NCBI GenBank assembly: GCA_015063725.1
Contig: SVTP01000001.1
Coordinates: 38,410-102,409 of the forward strand
Reading direction: 5' to 3'
Length of the DNA stretch: 64,000 nt
From: Oscillospiraceae bacterium
GTDB taxonomy: Bacteria; Bacillota; Clostridia; Oscillospirales; CAG-272
The number at the start of each line of letters is the position of its first letter. Within the stretch, counting starts at the first letter, position 1. The position numbers and the translations under genes are program-made. A model generated the notes under the pieces. That model was not told the DNA's origin. It was given only the letters and a program-made list of their open reading frames with translations, and searched no databases. Below are positions 45,862 to 54,466 of the stretch, in pieces.

Positions 45862-45880
45862 GAAAGGATACCTCTCCACT

Positions 45881-46723
45881 ATGAAAACTCTTGGCTATTA
45901 TAACGGCAAAATTGACGAGCTCGACCAAATATGCGTGCCAATGCTTGACCGCGCAGGCTATTTTGGTGACGGCGTTTATGACGTGACGTTTTGCCGCAAT
46001 TATAAGGTCTATCAATTGCGTGAGCACGTTGAACGTATTTTTCAAAGTGCCGCTCTCATCAAAATATATCCCCAAATCACCCCCGACGAGCTTTGCGCGC
46101 TTGTAGAAGAGCTTGTTAAAAAGCTGGACGACGGTGAGCTGTGGGTATATCTTCAGTTCTCCCGAGGAACCGATTTTCGCAATCACGCTTTCCCCGAGAG
46201 TGCAAAACCCAATCTGTGGATCATGCTAAGACCCGCAAAAATTAAGGATACATACCGCCAATTGCGCGTGATCACTCGCAAGGACACCCGTGCCCTGCAT
46301 TGCAACATCAAGTCTCTCAATCTTTTGCCAAGTGTGTTGGCAACCCAGGCTTGCGTGGAAGCAGGTGTGGACGAGTGCATTCTCCACCGCGACGGTGTTG
46401 TGACCGAGTGTGCACACTCCAACGTTTCCATCCTGAAGAACGGGACGCTGATCACGCATCCTGCAAACGAACTGATTTTGGCAGGTACGGGGCGTGCGCA
46501 CCTGATCTCGGCTTGCCGTCATTTTGAAATCCCCGTTCTTGAACGCCCTTACACTTTGGAAGAACTCAAGGACGCGGATGAGGTCATCCTGACCTCTGCA
46601 TCGGCACTTTGTATGCGCATTATTGAGGTAGACGGCGCATCCGTTGGACAAAAAGCACCTCACACCCTCAAAGAACTGCAGGATTATCTTCTTGCCGATT
46701 TTATGGCAAAGACTGAAAAGTAA
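45881..46723 (+). CDS. dat: class IV aminotransferase, D-amino-acid transaminase-like
   Basis: 280 aa. DRAGYFGDGVYDV, REHVERIFQSA and a ...N.K.LN.L.. region are typical of fold-type IV aminotransferases. The Dat versus IlvE assignment is not certain. Confidence 0.7.
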   Translation: MKTLGYYNGKIDELDQICVPMLDRAGYFGDGVYDVTFCRNYKVYQLREHVERIFQSAALIKIYPQITPDELCALVEELVKKLDDGELWVYLQFSRGTDFRNHAFPESAKPNLWIMLRPAKIKDTYRQLRVITRKDTRALHCNIKSLNLLPSVLATQACVEAGVDECILHRDGVVTECAHSNVSILKNGTLITHPANELILAGTGRAHLISACRHFEIPVLERPYTLEELKDADEVILTSASALCMRIIEVDGASVGQKAPHTLKELQDYLLADFMAKTEK

Positions 46724-46751
46724 AATAAATTAAGCAAAGGAAGTATTCGTT

Positions 46752-47747
46752 TTGGCTAACGAAAAGAAAAACAAGCTGTTTGGCTTTTTTGATTACAACC
46801 GAGATAACCGCCCCGATGCGGTTGAGGAAGACACCACACCAACTATAAAAAGATATTTCAAGCTCCTTGGCAGACGCTTTTGGAAGCTGATAACCCTTAA
46901 TTTGATGATGCTGCCGCTCATCATTCCCATCCTGATCTGTTTTTACATCTATATTTCTGCAAAGCAAACTCCCGTTGCGGGTGAGGTGCTCTTTCCGCAG
47001 CTCTTGGGGGCAAATGCCGTTGGTGCTTCGCCAACCTCTACGCTCCTGTTTGATCTGTTTGGCGCACAACAGAATATTCCTGTGCTCACAACATGGTCTT
47101 ATATTGGCATGGGCATCTGCATCCTCTTTTTGGTCGTCACCTTTGGTTGGCAGAACGTAGGTGCCGCTTACATCGTGCGCAATATGGTGCGCGGTGAGCC
47201 TGTGTTTATTTGGTCGGATTACTTTTATGCCATTAAGCGCAACCTGAAGCAAGGATTTCTGCTTGGACTTTTGGATGCGGTCATTCTGTTTGTACTCGGC
47301 TTTGATATCGCCTATTTCTGGGGACGTACGGGCACTTTTACGCTCGATTTTGGCTTTTTTGCAACGCTTGCCCTCGTCTTTGTCTATTTCTTAATGCGTT
47401 TCTACCTCTATTTGATGCTTGTCACCTTTGACCTTTCCATCTTTAAAATCTTTAAAAACGCTCTTATCTTCTCCCTGCTTGGTTTCAAGCGCAATATTAT
47501 GGGCGTTTTGGGCATTCTCATGATCGTAGGATTCCACGTTTTTCTCCTGCTCTTGCTCATCTCCACTCCCCTGAGCGGTCTGCCGATCATTCTCCCCTTC
47601 CTCTGGTTTTTAGCAGCCGTAACCTTTACATCGGCATACGCGGCATATCCCATTATTGACCGCTATATGATCGCGCCCTATACAGGAAATGAAGACACCG
47701 AAGAGGTAGACGAAGAAGATTCCTCCAACGAAGAAGCAGACGCATAA
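46752..47747 (+). CDS. YesL/DUF624 family membrane protein with acidic C-terminal tail
   Basis: 331 aa. FWKLITLNLMMLPLIIPILI and YIVRNMVRGEPVFIWSDYFYAIKRNLKQ follow the DUF624 pattern. TTG start after an AAAGGAAG RBS. Confidence 0.65.
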   Translation: MANEKKNKLFGFFDYNRDNRPDAVEEDTTPTIKRYFKLLGRRFWKLITLNLMMLPLIIPILICFYIYISAKQTPVAGEVLFPQLLGANAVGASPTSTLLFDLFGAQQNIPVLTTWSYIGMGICILFLVVTFGWQNVGAAYIVRNMVRGEPVFIWSDYFYAIKRNLKQGFLLGLLDAVILFVLGFDIAYFWGRTGTFTLDFGFFATLALVFVYFLMRFYLYLMLVTFDLSIFKIFKNALIFSLLGFKRNIMGVLGILMIVGFHVFLLLLLISTPLSGLPIILPFLWFLAAVTFTSAYAAYPIIDRYMIAPYTGNEDTEEVDEEDSSNEEADA

Positions 47748-47832
47748 ACTTTTGGACTTTTTTCAATATTTGCGTAATGTCTCCCATCCGATTCTCGTTT
47801 ATTATAGTGAAGGACAAAAAAGGAGAAGAATC

Positions 47833-48588
47833 ATGAAAAGAATTACATCTATCTTACTTTTACTCACTACAATTTTATCAAGCATCCTGTTTACCGCTTG
47901 CGGGCACGAATGCACACTTGCCGAGGGGTGGAGAAACAATACGACTTCCCACTGGCACGCCTGCACCGATCCCGATTGTACCAAGCAAACAGATCTTGCA
48001 AACCACACATGGGATGTTGGCGTGATCACCAAGCGTGCAACGCAAGAAGCTCCCGGCGTAAAAACCTTTGTTTGCACCGAATGTATGTATCAAAAAACAC
48101 AAAATGTTGCTTTTCAAGGTCTGACCGAAGAAGAGTGGAACACCGCACTTTCCTCTGATCTGTTTATAAACTTCACCTGCAGTGAAAGAACAGTTTTGAA
48201 AAAAAGCGGAATGGAGATCGTCTCCATTATGACATATGAATTTGAGCAAGGAAAAGGTAAAATTACCGAAACCATTGCCGGTGAAACAGCATCGACTCTT
48301 CTTCCTCTTGAGAATCTTTCCGGATACCGCCAGGCAATTTGGATGTATTTGAGAATGATGACTGACTACCAAGATTACTACTACGAGGCAAGAAGCAAAT
48401 CCTACAAGCTCAAGGGCGTATTTACCGTTCCCACCTATGAGGTTCCGGTAGATACTGCGTCGGTTAAGTTCAAAAACGGCAGACTTTCGGAGATTTCCTA
48501 CACCTGCAAAGTTACCGTAGAAGGAACAATCTATTATCTGACCTCTACAATCAACGTCACCAATTACGACACCACCAAAATCAGTTGA
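47833..48588 (+). CDS. lipoprotein, unknown function (paralogue 1 of a tandem pair)
   Basis: Start at ATG 47833 (AAGGAGAAG RBS). Lipobox LFTA-C. SHWHAC...ANHTWDVGVITKRATQEAPGVKTFVCTEC is shared with the next gene. Confidence 0.75.
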   Translation: MKRITSILLLLTTILSSILFTACGHECTLAEGWRNNTTSHWHACTDPDCTKQTDLANHTWDVGVITKRATQEAPGVKTFVCTECMYQKTQNVAFQGLTEEEWNTALSSDLFINFTCSERTVLKKSGMEIVSIMTYEFEQGKGKITETIAGETASTLLPLENLSGYRQAIWMYLRMMTDYQDYYYEARSKSYKLKGVFTVPTYEVPVDTASVKFKNGRLSEISYTCKVTVEGTIYYLTSTINVTNYDTTKIS

Positions 48589-48638
48589 GATGCCACATGG
48601 CTTTCAAAATAAAATCTAAAAACAAAGAGGAGTAAAAA

Positions 48639-49448
48639 ATGAAAAAGATTACATCTATTATTTTGTTGCTCGTAATGCTTTTGAGCATGGCAATTCTTTC
48701 GGCATGTACCCCGGCTCACAAATGCACCCCCGATGAAGAATGGACATATGATGAAAATTCTCACTGGCACAAATGTGCAGAGCTCCCCTATGTAGAGCTT
48801 TTCGGCATCTCGTATATGGACCTTTTGAAAGCATCCTGCGCAGAAGTCTTTGACAAAGCCGATCACACTTGGGATGCCGGCACAATCACAACCCCCGCTA
48901 CACAAGAGGCTGACGGCATAAAGACCTTTACATGCTCCGTTTGCAACGGCACAAAGACCGAGCCCATTCCCTTTACCGGTATGACAAAAGAAGAATGGAA
49001 TGCTGTATTTGATGCAAAGCAGTTTGAAAACTTTACTTATACCGAGACCTCCGTTCTCAAAACGACCGGTATGGAAATGGAAACCGTTACTACTTACGAA
49101 TTTGAAAAGGAAAAAGCAAGAGCAACCGCAACCATTGCAGGTCAAACAGAAACTCAAAGCTTTGCCGCTGCTCAAGCAACCATACTCCGTTCCAATCTGT
49201 TGACCTCTCTTGAGCCTTTGGTGAAGTTTGAAAACTTCCGTTACGATGCAGCCACCAAATCCTACGTCCTCAAAGGCATCGTCATAATTTCTGCCCTGAA
49301 CGTAAAGGCTGACACCATGACACTGACGTTTGAAGATGGAAAACTGGTAAAGATGGTTTACACCTGCAAGATCACACAAAACGGCATAACCTTTGATGTA
49401 ACCTCCACTGTTCTCTTTACCGACTACGGCACCACCGTTGTGAAATAA
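48639..49448 (+). CDS. lipoprotein, unknown function (paralogue 2 of a tandem pair)
   Basis: Lipobox ILSA-C. SHWHKC...ADHTWDAGTITTPATQEADGIKTFTCSVC. Collinear similarity to 47833..48588 along the whole length. GAGGAG RBS and a shared terminator. Confidence 0.75.
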   Translation: MKKITSIILLLVMLLSMAILSACTPAHKCTPDEEWTYDENSHWHKCAELPYVELFGISYMDLLKASCAEVFDKADHTWDAGTITTPATQEADGIKTFTCSVCNGTKTEPIPFTGMTKEEWNAVFDAKQFENFTYTETSVLKTTGMEMETVTTYEFEKEKARATATIAGQTETQSFAAAQATILRSNLLTSLEPLVKFENFRYDAATKSYVLKGIVIISALNVKADTMTLTFEDGKLVKMVYTCKITQNGITFDVTSTVLFTDYGTTVVK

Positions 49449-49461
49449 TGAAAAACAAAAT

Positions 49462-49493
49462 AAAAAGAGCACTTCAATTGAAGTGCTCTTTTT
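49462..49493. terminator. bidirectional terminator between the lipoprotein pair and tsf
   Basis: AAAAAGAGCACTTC-AATT-GAAGTGCTCTTTTT. Confidence 0.8.
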
Positions 49494-49510
49494 ATTTATT
49501 GTAGAAAAAA

Positions 49511-50434
49511 TTATTTGCCAGCGGTCATCTTTGCGATTTCGTCTGCAAAGTTTTCTTCTCTCTTTTGGATGCCTTCGCCCTTTTCGAAGCGATAGAAATC
49601 AACGATCTTAATGTCGCCGCCCATTTCCTTAGCAGCAGCTGCTACGTATTGGCAAACCTTCATATCGTCGTCCTTAACGTAGGTCATATCGAGCAAGCAG
49701 TTGTTGTCGTAGAACTTGGAAATACGGCCTTCAACCATCTTCAGCTTGATTTGCTCAGGCTTCTTTGCGTTTGCAGGATCGTTAGCGATTTGAGCGAGGA
49801 GAATATTCTTCTCTTCTTCGATAACGGAAGCGGGAACGGTCTCGCGAGAGAGGTAAGGAGTGGGATATGCACCGATTTGGAGCGCAATGTTCTTTGCAAA
49901 GGTTGCAAAATCTGCATGATCTGCAACGTTGGTTTCGAACTTAGCGATAACACCAATGGAGCCGGTGCCGTGGATATAGGTGCTGGTGATGCCATCAACG
50001 ATAACGAAACGACGGATGGTGAGCTTTTCACCGATCTTGAAGATCATTTCCTTAATCTTAGCTTCAACAGTCATCTCTGCATCATATTGGCAAGCCATGA
50101 GAGCATCGATATCAGCAGGCTTTTGAGCGATGATGAGAGCGAGGAGCTCGTTTACAAACTCTTTGAAGGTTTCGTTCTTTGCAACGAAGTCGGTCTCGGA
50201 GTTAACTTCGATCATAGCGGTTACGTCGCCTTCTTTTGCGATTGCAACAACACCGTCAGCTGCAATTCTGGTAGCCATTTTGGATTCAGCCTTGAGCTCG
50301 CCCTTCTCGCGAAGGATCTTGATAGCAGCGTCGAGATCGCCGTCTGCTTCAACGAGTGCCTTTTTGCACTCCATCATGCCAATACCTGTTCTCTTGCGGA
50401 GTTCTGCTACGTCTTTTGCTGTAATATTTGCCAT
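49511..50434 (-). CDS. tsf: translation elongation factor Ts
   Basis: MANITAKDVAELRKRTGIGMMECKKALVEADGDLDAAI. Start at ATG 50434, with a GGAGG RBS 8 nt upstream. Confidence 0.96.
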   Translation of the reverse strand: MANITAKDVAELRKRTGIGMMECKKALVEADGDLDAAIKILREKGELKAESKMATRIAADGVVAIAKEGDVTAMIEVNSETDFVAKNETFKEFVNELLALIIAQKPADIDALMACQYDAEMTVEAKIKEMIFKIGEKLTIRRFVIVDGITSTYIHGTGSIGVIAKFETNVADHADFATFAKNIALQIGAYPTPYLSRETVPASVIEEEKNILLAQIANDPANAKKPEQIKLKMVEGRISKFYDNNCLLDMTYVKDDDMKVCQYVAAAAKEMGGDIKIVDFYRFEKGEGIQKREENFADEIAKMTAGK

Positions 50435-50460
50435 TTTTTTATCCTCCAAAATGTAGTGAA

Positions 50461-51192
50461 TTACTCTGCGTCTGCAGTCTCGGTTGCGGGAGCCTCAGTT
50501 GCGGTCTCTTCGCCTTGCTTGCCCTCGATGATAGCATCAGCGAGTGCAGAGGAGATGAGCTTGATAGCGCGGATAGCGTCATCGTTACCGGGAATTACGT
50601 AGTCAGCGTCGTCAGGATCGCAGTTGGTGTCAACGATAGCGATAACCGGGATACCGAGCTTCTTAGCTTCGAGAACTGCGTTTCTTTCCTTCTTGGGGTC
50701 AACAATGAATACTGCATCGGGAAGACGATCCATGGTCTTGATACCGCCGTAGCTCTTTTCAAGGTCAAAGATCTCTTTTTGCATGCTTGCAACTTCCTTC
50801 TTGGGAAGCAGATCAAAGGTGCCGTCCTCTTGCATTTTGTAGAGGTCGTTCAGACGATGAATGGATCTCTTGATGGTCTTGAAGTTGGTCATCATACCGC
50901 CGGGCCAACGAACGTTTACGTAGTACATGCCGCAACGGTTTGCTTCTTCCTTAATAGCCTCAGCAGCTTGCTTCTTTGTACCAACAAAGAGCAGAGTGCC
51001 ATTGTTCTCGGAGAGCTCACGAACAAAGTTGTAAGCTTCTTCAAACTTCTTTACGGTCTTCTGGAGGTCAATGATATAGATACCATTTCTCTCGGTGAAG
51101 ATGTACTCCTGCATTTTGGGGTTCCATCTTCTGGTGTGGTGTCCAAAGTGAACACCTGCTTCAAGCAGTTGCTTAATAGAAATAACAGACAT
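50461..51192 (-). CDS. rpsB: 30S ribosomal protein S2
   Basis: [27 protein letters not shown]. Start at ATG 51192 after a GAAGGAGG RBS. Confidence 0.96.
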   Translation of the reverse strand: MSVISIKQLLEAGVHFGHHTRRWNPKMQEYIFTERNGIYIIDLQKTVKKFEEAYNFVRELSENNGTLLFVGTKKQAAEAIKEEANRCGMYYVNVRWPGGMMTNFKTIKRSIHRLNDLYKMQEDGTFDLLPKKEVASMQKEIFDLEKSYGGIKTMDRLPDAVFIVDPKKERNAVLEAKKLGIPVIAIVDTNCDPDDADYVIPGNDDAIRAIKLISSALADAIIEGKQGEETATEAPATETADAE

Positions 51193-51319
51193 TTTTATGT
51201 CCTCCTTCGGTTTTTTCCACCATCGCGACGCAGTTGCCAAAACCGCTTTGCGGCACCGATGCAACGCTCGTCCGATGTGTGTATTATTTTAACTGTGCTA
51301 TTTTTGCACAAGCGAAGAT

Positions 51320-51348
51320 ATTATATCACATAATATATATCTTTGCAA
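51320..51348 (-). promoter_or_regulatory. rpsB-tsf promoter: TTGCAA-17-TATAAT with TGTGa
   Basis: Minus strand: TTGCAA (51348..51343) and TATAAT (51325..51320). Leader is ~120 nt. Confidence 0.65.
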
Positions 51349-51382
51349 GCAAAATATTGTTTGTTTACAGTTTTTTTACAAT

Positions 51383-51676
51383 TTAATAGCGAATTCCCTT
51401 TCTTTTGGGGCGCGGACAGAGGCAATAGGACAGATCGGCAGGCGAAAGCCGCACCAAAATCGTGTCCTCGCCAAAGCATTCGATCTTATTCCAAGGAATG
51501 ATGATGTCATCTTCCCTCCCCATTCCAAACAGTCCGTCGCTCCCTGCAATCACAAGAGCCAGAATTTTAGCATCCTCACAGTCAAATTCAAAGTCGCTGG
51601 CGCAGCCAAGTCTGGTTCCGTCGCAGAGATTGATGATCTCCAATTTGCGCAAATCGTTGGTACTCCATCGTTTCAT
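51383..51676 (-). CDS. YlmC/YmxH family (PRC-barrel) sporulation-associated protein
   Basis: LRKLEIINLCDGTRLGCASDFEFD..ILALVI...IIPWNKIECFGEDTILV. ATG 51676 follows an AAAGGAGAG RBS. Confidence 0.85.
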   Translation of the reverse strand: MKRWSTNDLRKLEIINLCDGTRLGCASDFEFDCEDAKILALVIAGSDGLFGMGREDDIIIPWNKIECFGEDTILVRLSPADLSYCLCPRPKRKGIRY

Positions 51677-51730
51677 CACAAAATCTCTCCTTTATCGGTT
51701 TCTACTGCAATTCTATGCAGGAGGGGGAGA

Positions 51731-54445
51731 TTATTTGGCTGTCCGACCTAAAAAAGGCACCAAAAGATTTAAAATAAAGTAAAGCGCAGGGGTAAGTGGC
51801 AACAAGCACGCTGTCAGAGCAGTCCATGCGCCCATTCCTGTGATGGCTCCTACGGGGGCTATCAGGACAGACAGAAGGATGAGTACTGCCAAAGCGCCAA
51901 CCGAGATACCGCAAATCAGCAAGGTCTTTTTGGTTTCAGGTCTGACCTGTGCGCGGTATGCGATGCGAGACAAAACACAGATTTGCAAAAGCAGCAAGGA
52001 TACAAAGAAATAGGTTCTTATAGATTCCCGCGGCAAAACACCAACAAACGCAAGGATCACGCAGGTCAAAGCCGGAATTGCAATAGAGAGAATGCTCGGA
52101 ATCAGCAATTCTTTTGCGAAAAGTGTGCCAAAGAGGAACGTTTTATCCGTTGTGTTAGGACGTCTCAGGACCGATTGTGAAAGCGGAACATCGGAGAGGA
52201 AGTAGAGTGCCGCTATTTCGATAGCAAAACCCGAGAGGAACATTTGCAAGCTTGAGAAGAATCCGATCCCGGTACAAACCGCAAAAAGCATCAAAACAAT
52301 ACGCGCAAGCTGAGAGTGCAACCAGAATTGCAACAGCATTTGTGTTCGCACCTCTACCTCGCGACTGTGCGAGATGGTTTGAAGTGCGGCATAAGTGCCG
52401 CCTGCAAAGCGGTCGGCGCGCTCAATGATCACGTCGGCATGTCGGCGCAGCGTTTGTGATGTATTGCGACTCCCCTCCCTTCCCTCTTCGTCAGCTCCCT
52501 CACGGATGTTCTCCTCAGCATACTGCTTGAGATCAGTAACGGTATCGCAAGCAAAGGTGAGGATACCTGCACGCAAAAAGCAACGGTCATCGCTATTTCC
52601 GCCAAGTACGGCTATGCGGTGTCCGCTCTTCTGCAGTGTGGGCAGAAGAGCGGAAAGTTCCTCTTTGGAGAAGCCAATAAAGGTTCGGTGATTTTGCAAA
52701 AGAGTGGGGGTGAGCTTGGGATGCTCATCATTGCAATAGAGATAGGGCTCGGGCAAGTGGCAAACCTTGGCGTAATCGTCATCGGATAGGAAAAAGCGTG
52801 TAGGAATGCCCGAAAGAGCCAATTCCTCAACAACTGATGGCAACACCATACTCACTTCTTCACGCAGTGCAACAACACCTACAAGGGCGAGTGTTCCCTC
52901 GCCTCTTTCAGTTGCGATGCAAAGTGCACGGCAGCCGTTTTCTTTAATGTAGTTACAGTACTTCCGCAAGGTAGCGCGGTATTCGGGGGTAATCGCACGC
53001 ATCCGCACGCCGTCGGCATACAAAACACATTGGCGCAAAAGACTTCCGCTACTGTCAAAGAGATAACGCTTGCTTCCCTCTTGCAAAGTCGCCGTTACGC
53101 ATTGCCACGAGGGGTGATTGGGATATGTATCACCCTCGACTGCCTGTGTGCGAACCCTGAGTGCACCGACATCAAATCGGCAAAGCGAGGTGAGTTCGGA
53201 AAGGAATACCGTGTCAGATTCAGAAGAACCTGAACCGTTTGTGGAAGGCATACGCATATCCAACTCGTGACGCAAAAGCATTGCCTCGCATAAGGGGTAC
53301 AGATCGCTCTTTTCCCCCTCAGCATCTGCGCGGATCTCTTTATTTGCTACAAAAGCAGACCAAAAATGGGTAATGCCATCGCTAAGACCGCGCTTGCCGA
53401 TAACAAACAGATCGGTAACGCCTGCAAGCTTTTGCACACCACCCTCAGACTTGATAACTGCGCGATTTTTGGGCGGATTGTTCTCAAGGCACAACAAGCG
53501 GCCTCGAACAGATACCCAATGCAGATACAGGGAAAGCGTAGCAGGTGAAGATACGCCAACAAGAACGCAAAGAATAAAGAAATACTCGGCAAGTCCTCCC
53601 TCGGTGGGTGTTGTGAACAATCCGATCACGGTCAAAAGAGTTAAAAGAACAAAGGATAACAGTCCCCAAATACGCAGATAAGGACCGATCAGCCTTTGTG
53701 TGGGAGTTTGACCGTGCTTTTCTTGAATCTCCGCAGGGAGCGTAAAGGAGCGCATAGCACCCAGATAGGAGTTGAGCCCCGTAGCTACCAGAACCGCCCT
53801 TGCTTCGCCGCAAAGGATCTCTGATCCGCCAAAAAGCATATTCTCGGCAAGCGGTGCGTCCACGTGCATGCCCCATTCATAAGTGACGTCGGCACGCTTG
53901 GTATATTCCTTATAGATCGGTCTGCCTGCCTCATTTGGTAAAAGCGTCAGCACTCGCAGATCCTGCGAGGACAAAAGGCGGCAGTCTCCGGGAACAATAT
54001 CGCCGGCACCAAAAAGCAGGACGTCACCCTGAACAACGCGTGCGGCAGAAATACTGAACACTCTTCCGTCACGCAAAACGCGAACAGTCGGTGTTCGATA
54101 CTGTGCTACAGTGCGGGAAAATTCCTCGCATTTATACCAAACGCGCAGGAGGGCGAAAGTCAGCAAAGCAAAAACCACCACTGTGCATACAATTTGCAAA
54201 GGGGATAAAAACAGGATGGCGAGAAGTGCTGAGAAAAGCATCAAAAGCAAGGCAGGATCCAGCAACAAGCTCTTGATGGGCGACTTTCTTTTGGGCGCCA
54301 CATCGTCGAACAAGGGATTTCTGCCTTGTTTTTTGAAACGAGAACGAGCCGCCTTGCGGGAAAGCCCACAGGCGGCATCGGTATGCAAGCTTTGGCAAAC
54401 AGACAACGGAGTTGCCAGATGCCATCTCGAACCTTTTTCGTTCAT
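51731..54445 (-). CDS. P-type ATPase homologue (type IIA-like architecture) with all catalytic motifs degenerate: probable pseudo-ATPase membrane protein
   Basis: 904 aa. Cation_ATPase_N-like GLSRKAARSRFKKQGRNPL, A-domain LRDGRVFSISAARVVQGDVLLFGAGDIVPGD, and about 10 TM segments. However TGES is NEAG (171-174), PEGL is SPATL (300-304), DKTGT is GKRGL (350-354) and GDGVND is GGNSDD (615-620). Intact ORF with an AAGGAGA RBS. Confidence 0.8.
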   Translation of the reverse strand: MNEKGSRWHLATPLSVCQSLHTDAACGLSRKAARSRFKKQGRNPLFDDVAPKRKSPIKSLLLDPALLLMLFSALLAILFLSPLQIVCTVVVFALLTFALLRVWYKCEEFSRTVAQYRTPTVRVLRDGRVFSISAARVVQGDVLLFGAGDIVPGDCRLLSSQDLRVLTLLPNEAGRPIYKEYTKRADVTYEWGMHVDAPLAENMLFGGSEILCGEARAVLVATGLNSYLGAMRSFTLPAEIQEKHGQTPTQRLIGPYLRIWGLLSFVLLTLLTVIGLFTTPTEGGLAEYFFILCVLVGVSSPATLSLYLHWVSVRGRLLCLENNPPKNRAVIKSEGGVQKLAGVTDLFVIGKRGLSDGITHFWSAFVANKEIRADAEGEKSDLYPLCEAMLLRHELDMRMPSTNGSGSSESDTVFLSELTSLCRFDVGALRVRTQAVEGDTYPNHPSWQCVTATLQEGSKRYLFDSSGSLLRQCVLYADGVRMRAITPEYRATLRKYCNYIKENGCRALCIATERGEGTLALVGVVALREEVSMVLPSVVEELALSGIPTRFFLSDDDYAKVCHLPEPYLYCNDEHPKLTPTLLQNHRTFIGFSKEELSALLPTLQKSGHRIAVLGGNSDDRCFLRAGILTFACDTVTDLKQYAEENIREGADEEGREGSRNTSQTLRRHADVIIERADRFAGGTYAALQTISHSREVEVRTQMLLQFWLHSQLARIVLMLFAVCTGIGFFSSLQMFLSGFAIEIAALYFLSDVPLSQSVLRRPNTTDKTFLFGTLFAKELLIPSILSIAIPALTCVILAFVGVLPRESIRTYFFVSLLLLQICVLSRIAYRAQVRPETKKTLLICGISVGALAVLILLSVLIAPVGAITGMGAWTALTACLLPLTPALYFILNLLVPFLGRTAK

Positions 54446-54466
54446 AAATTCTCCTTTTATGGTTAC

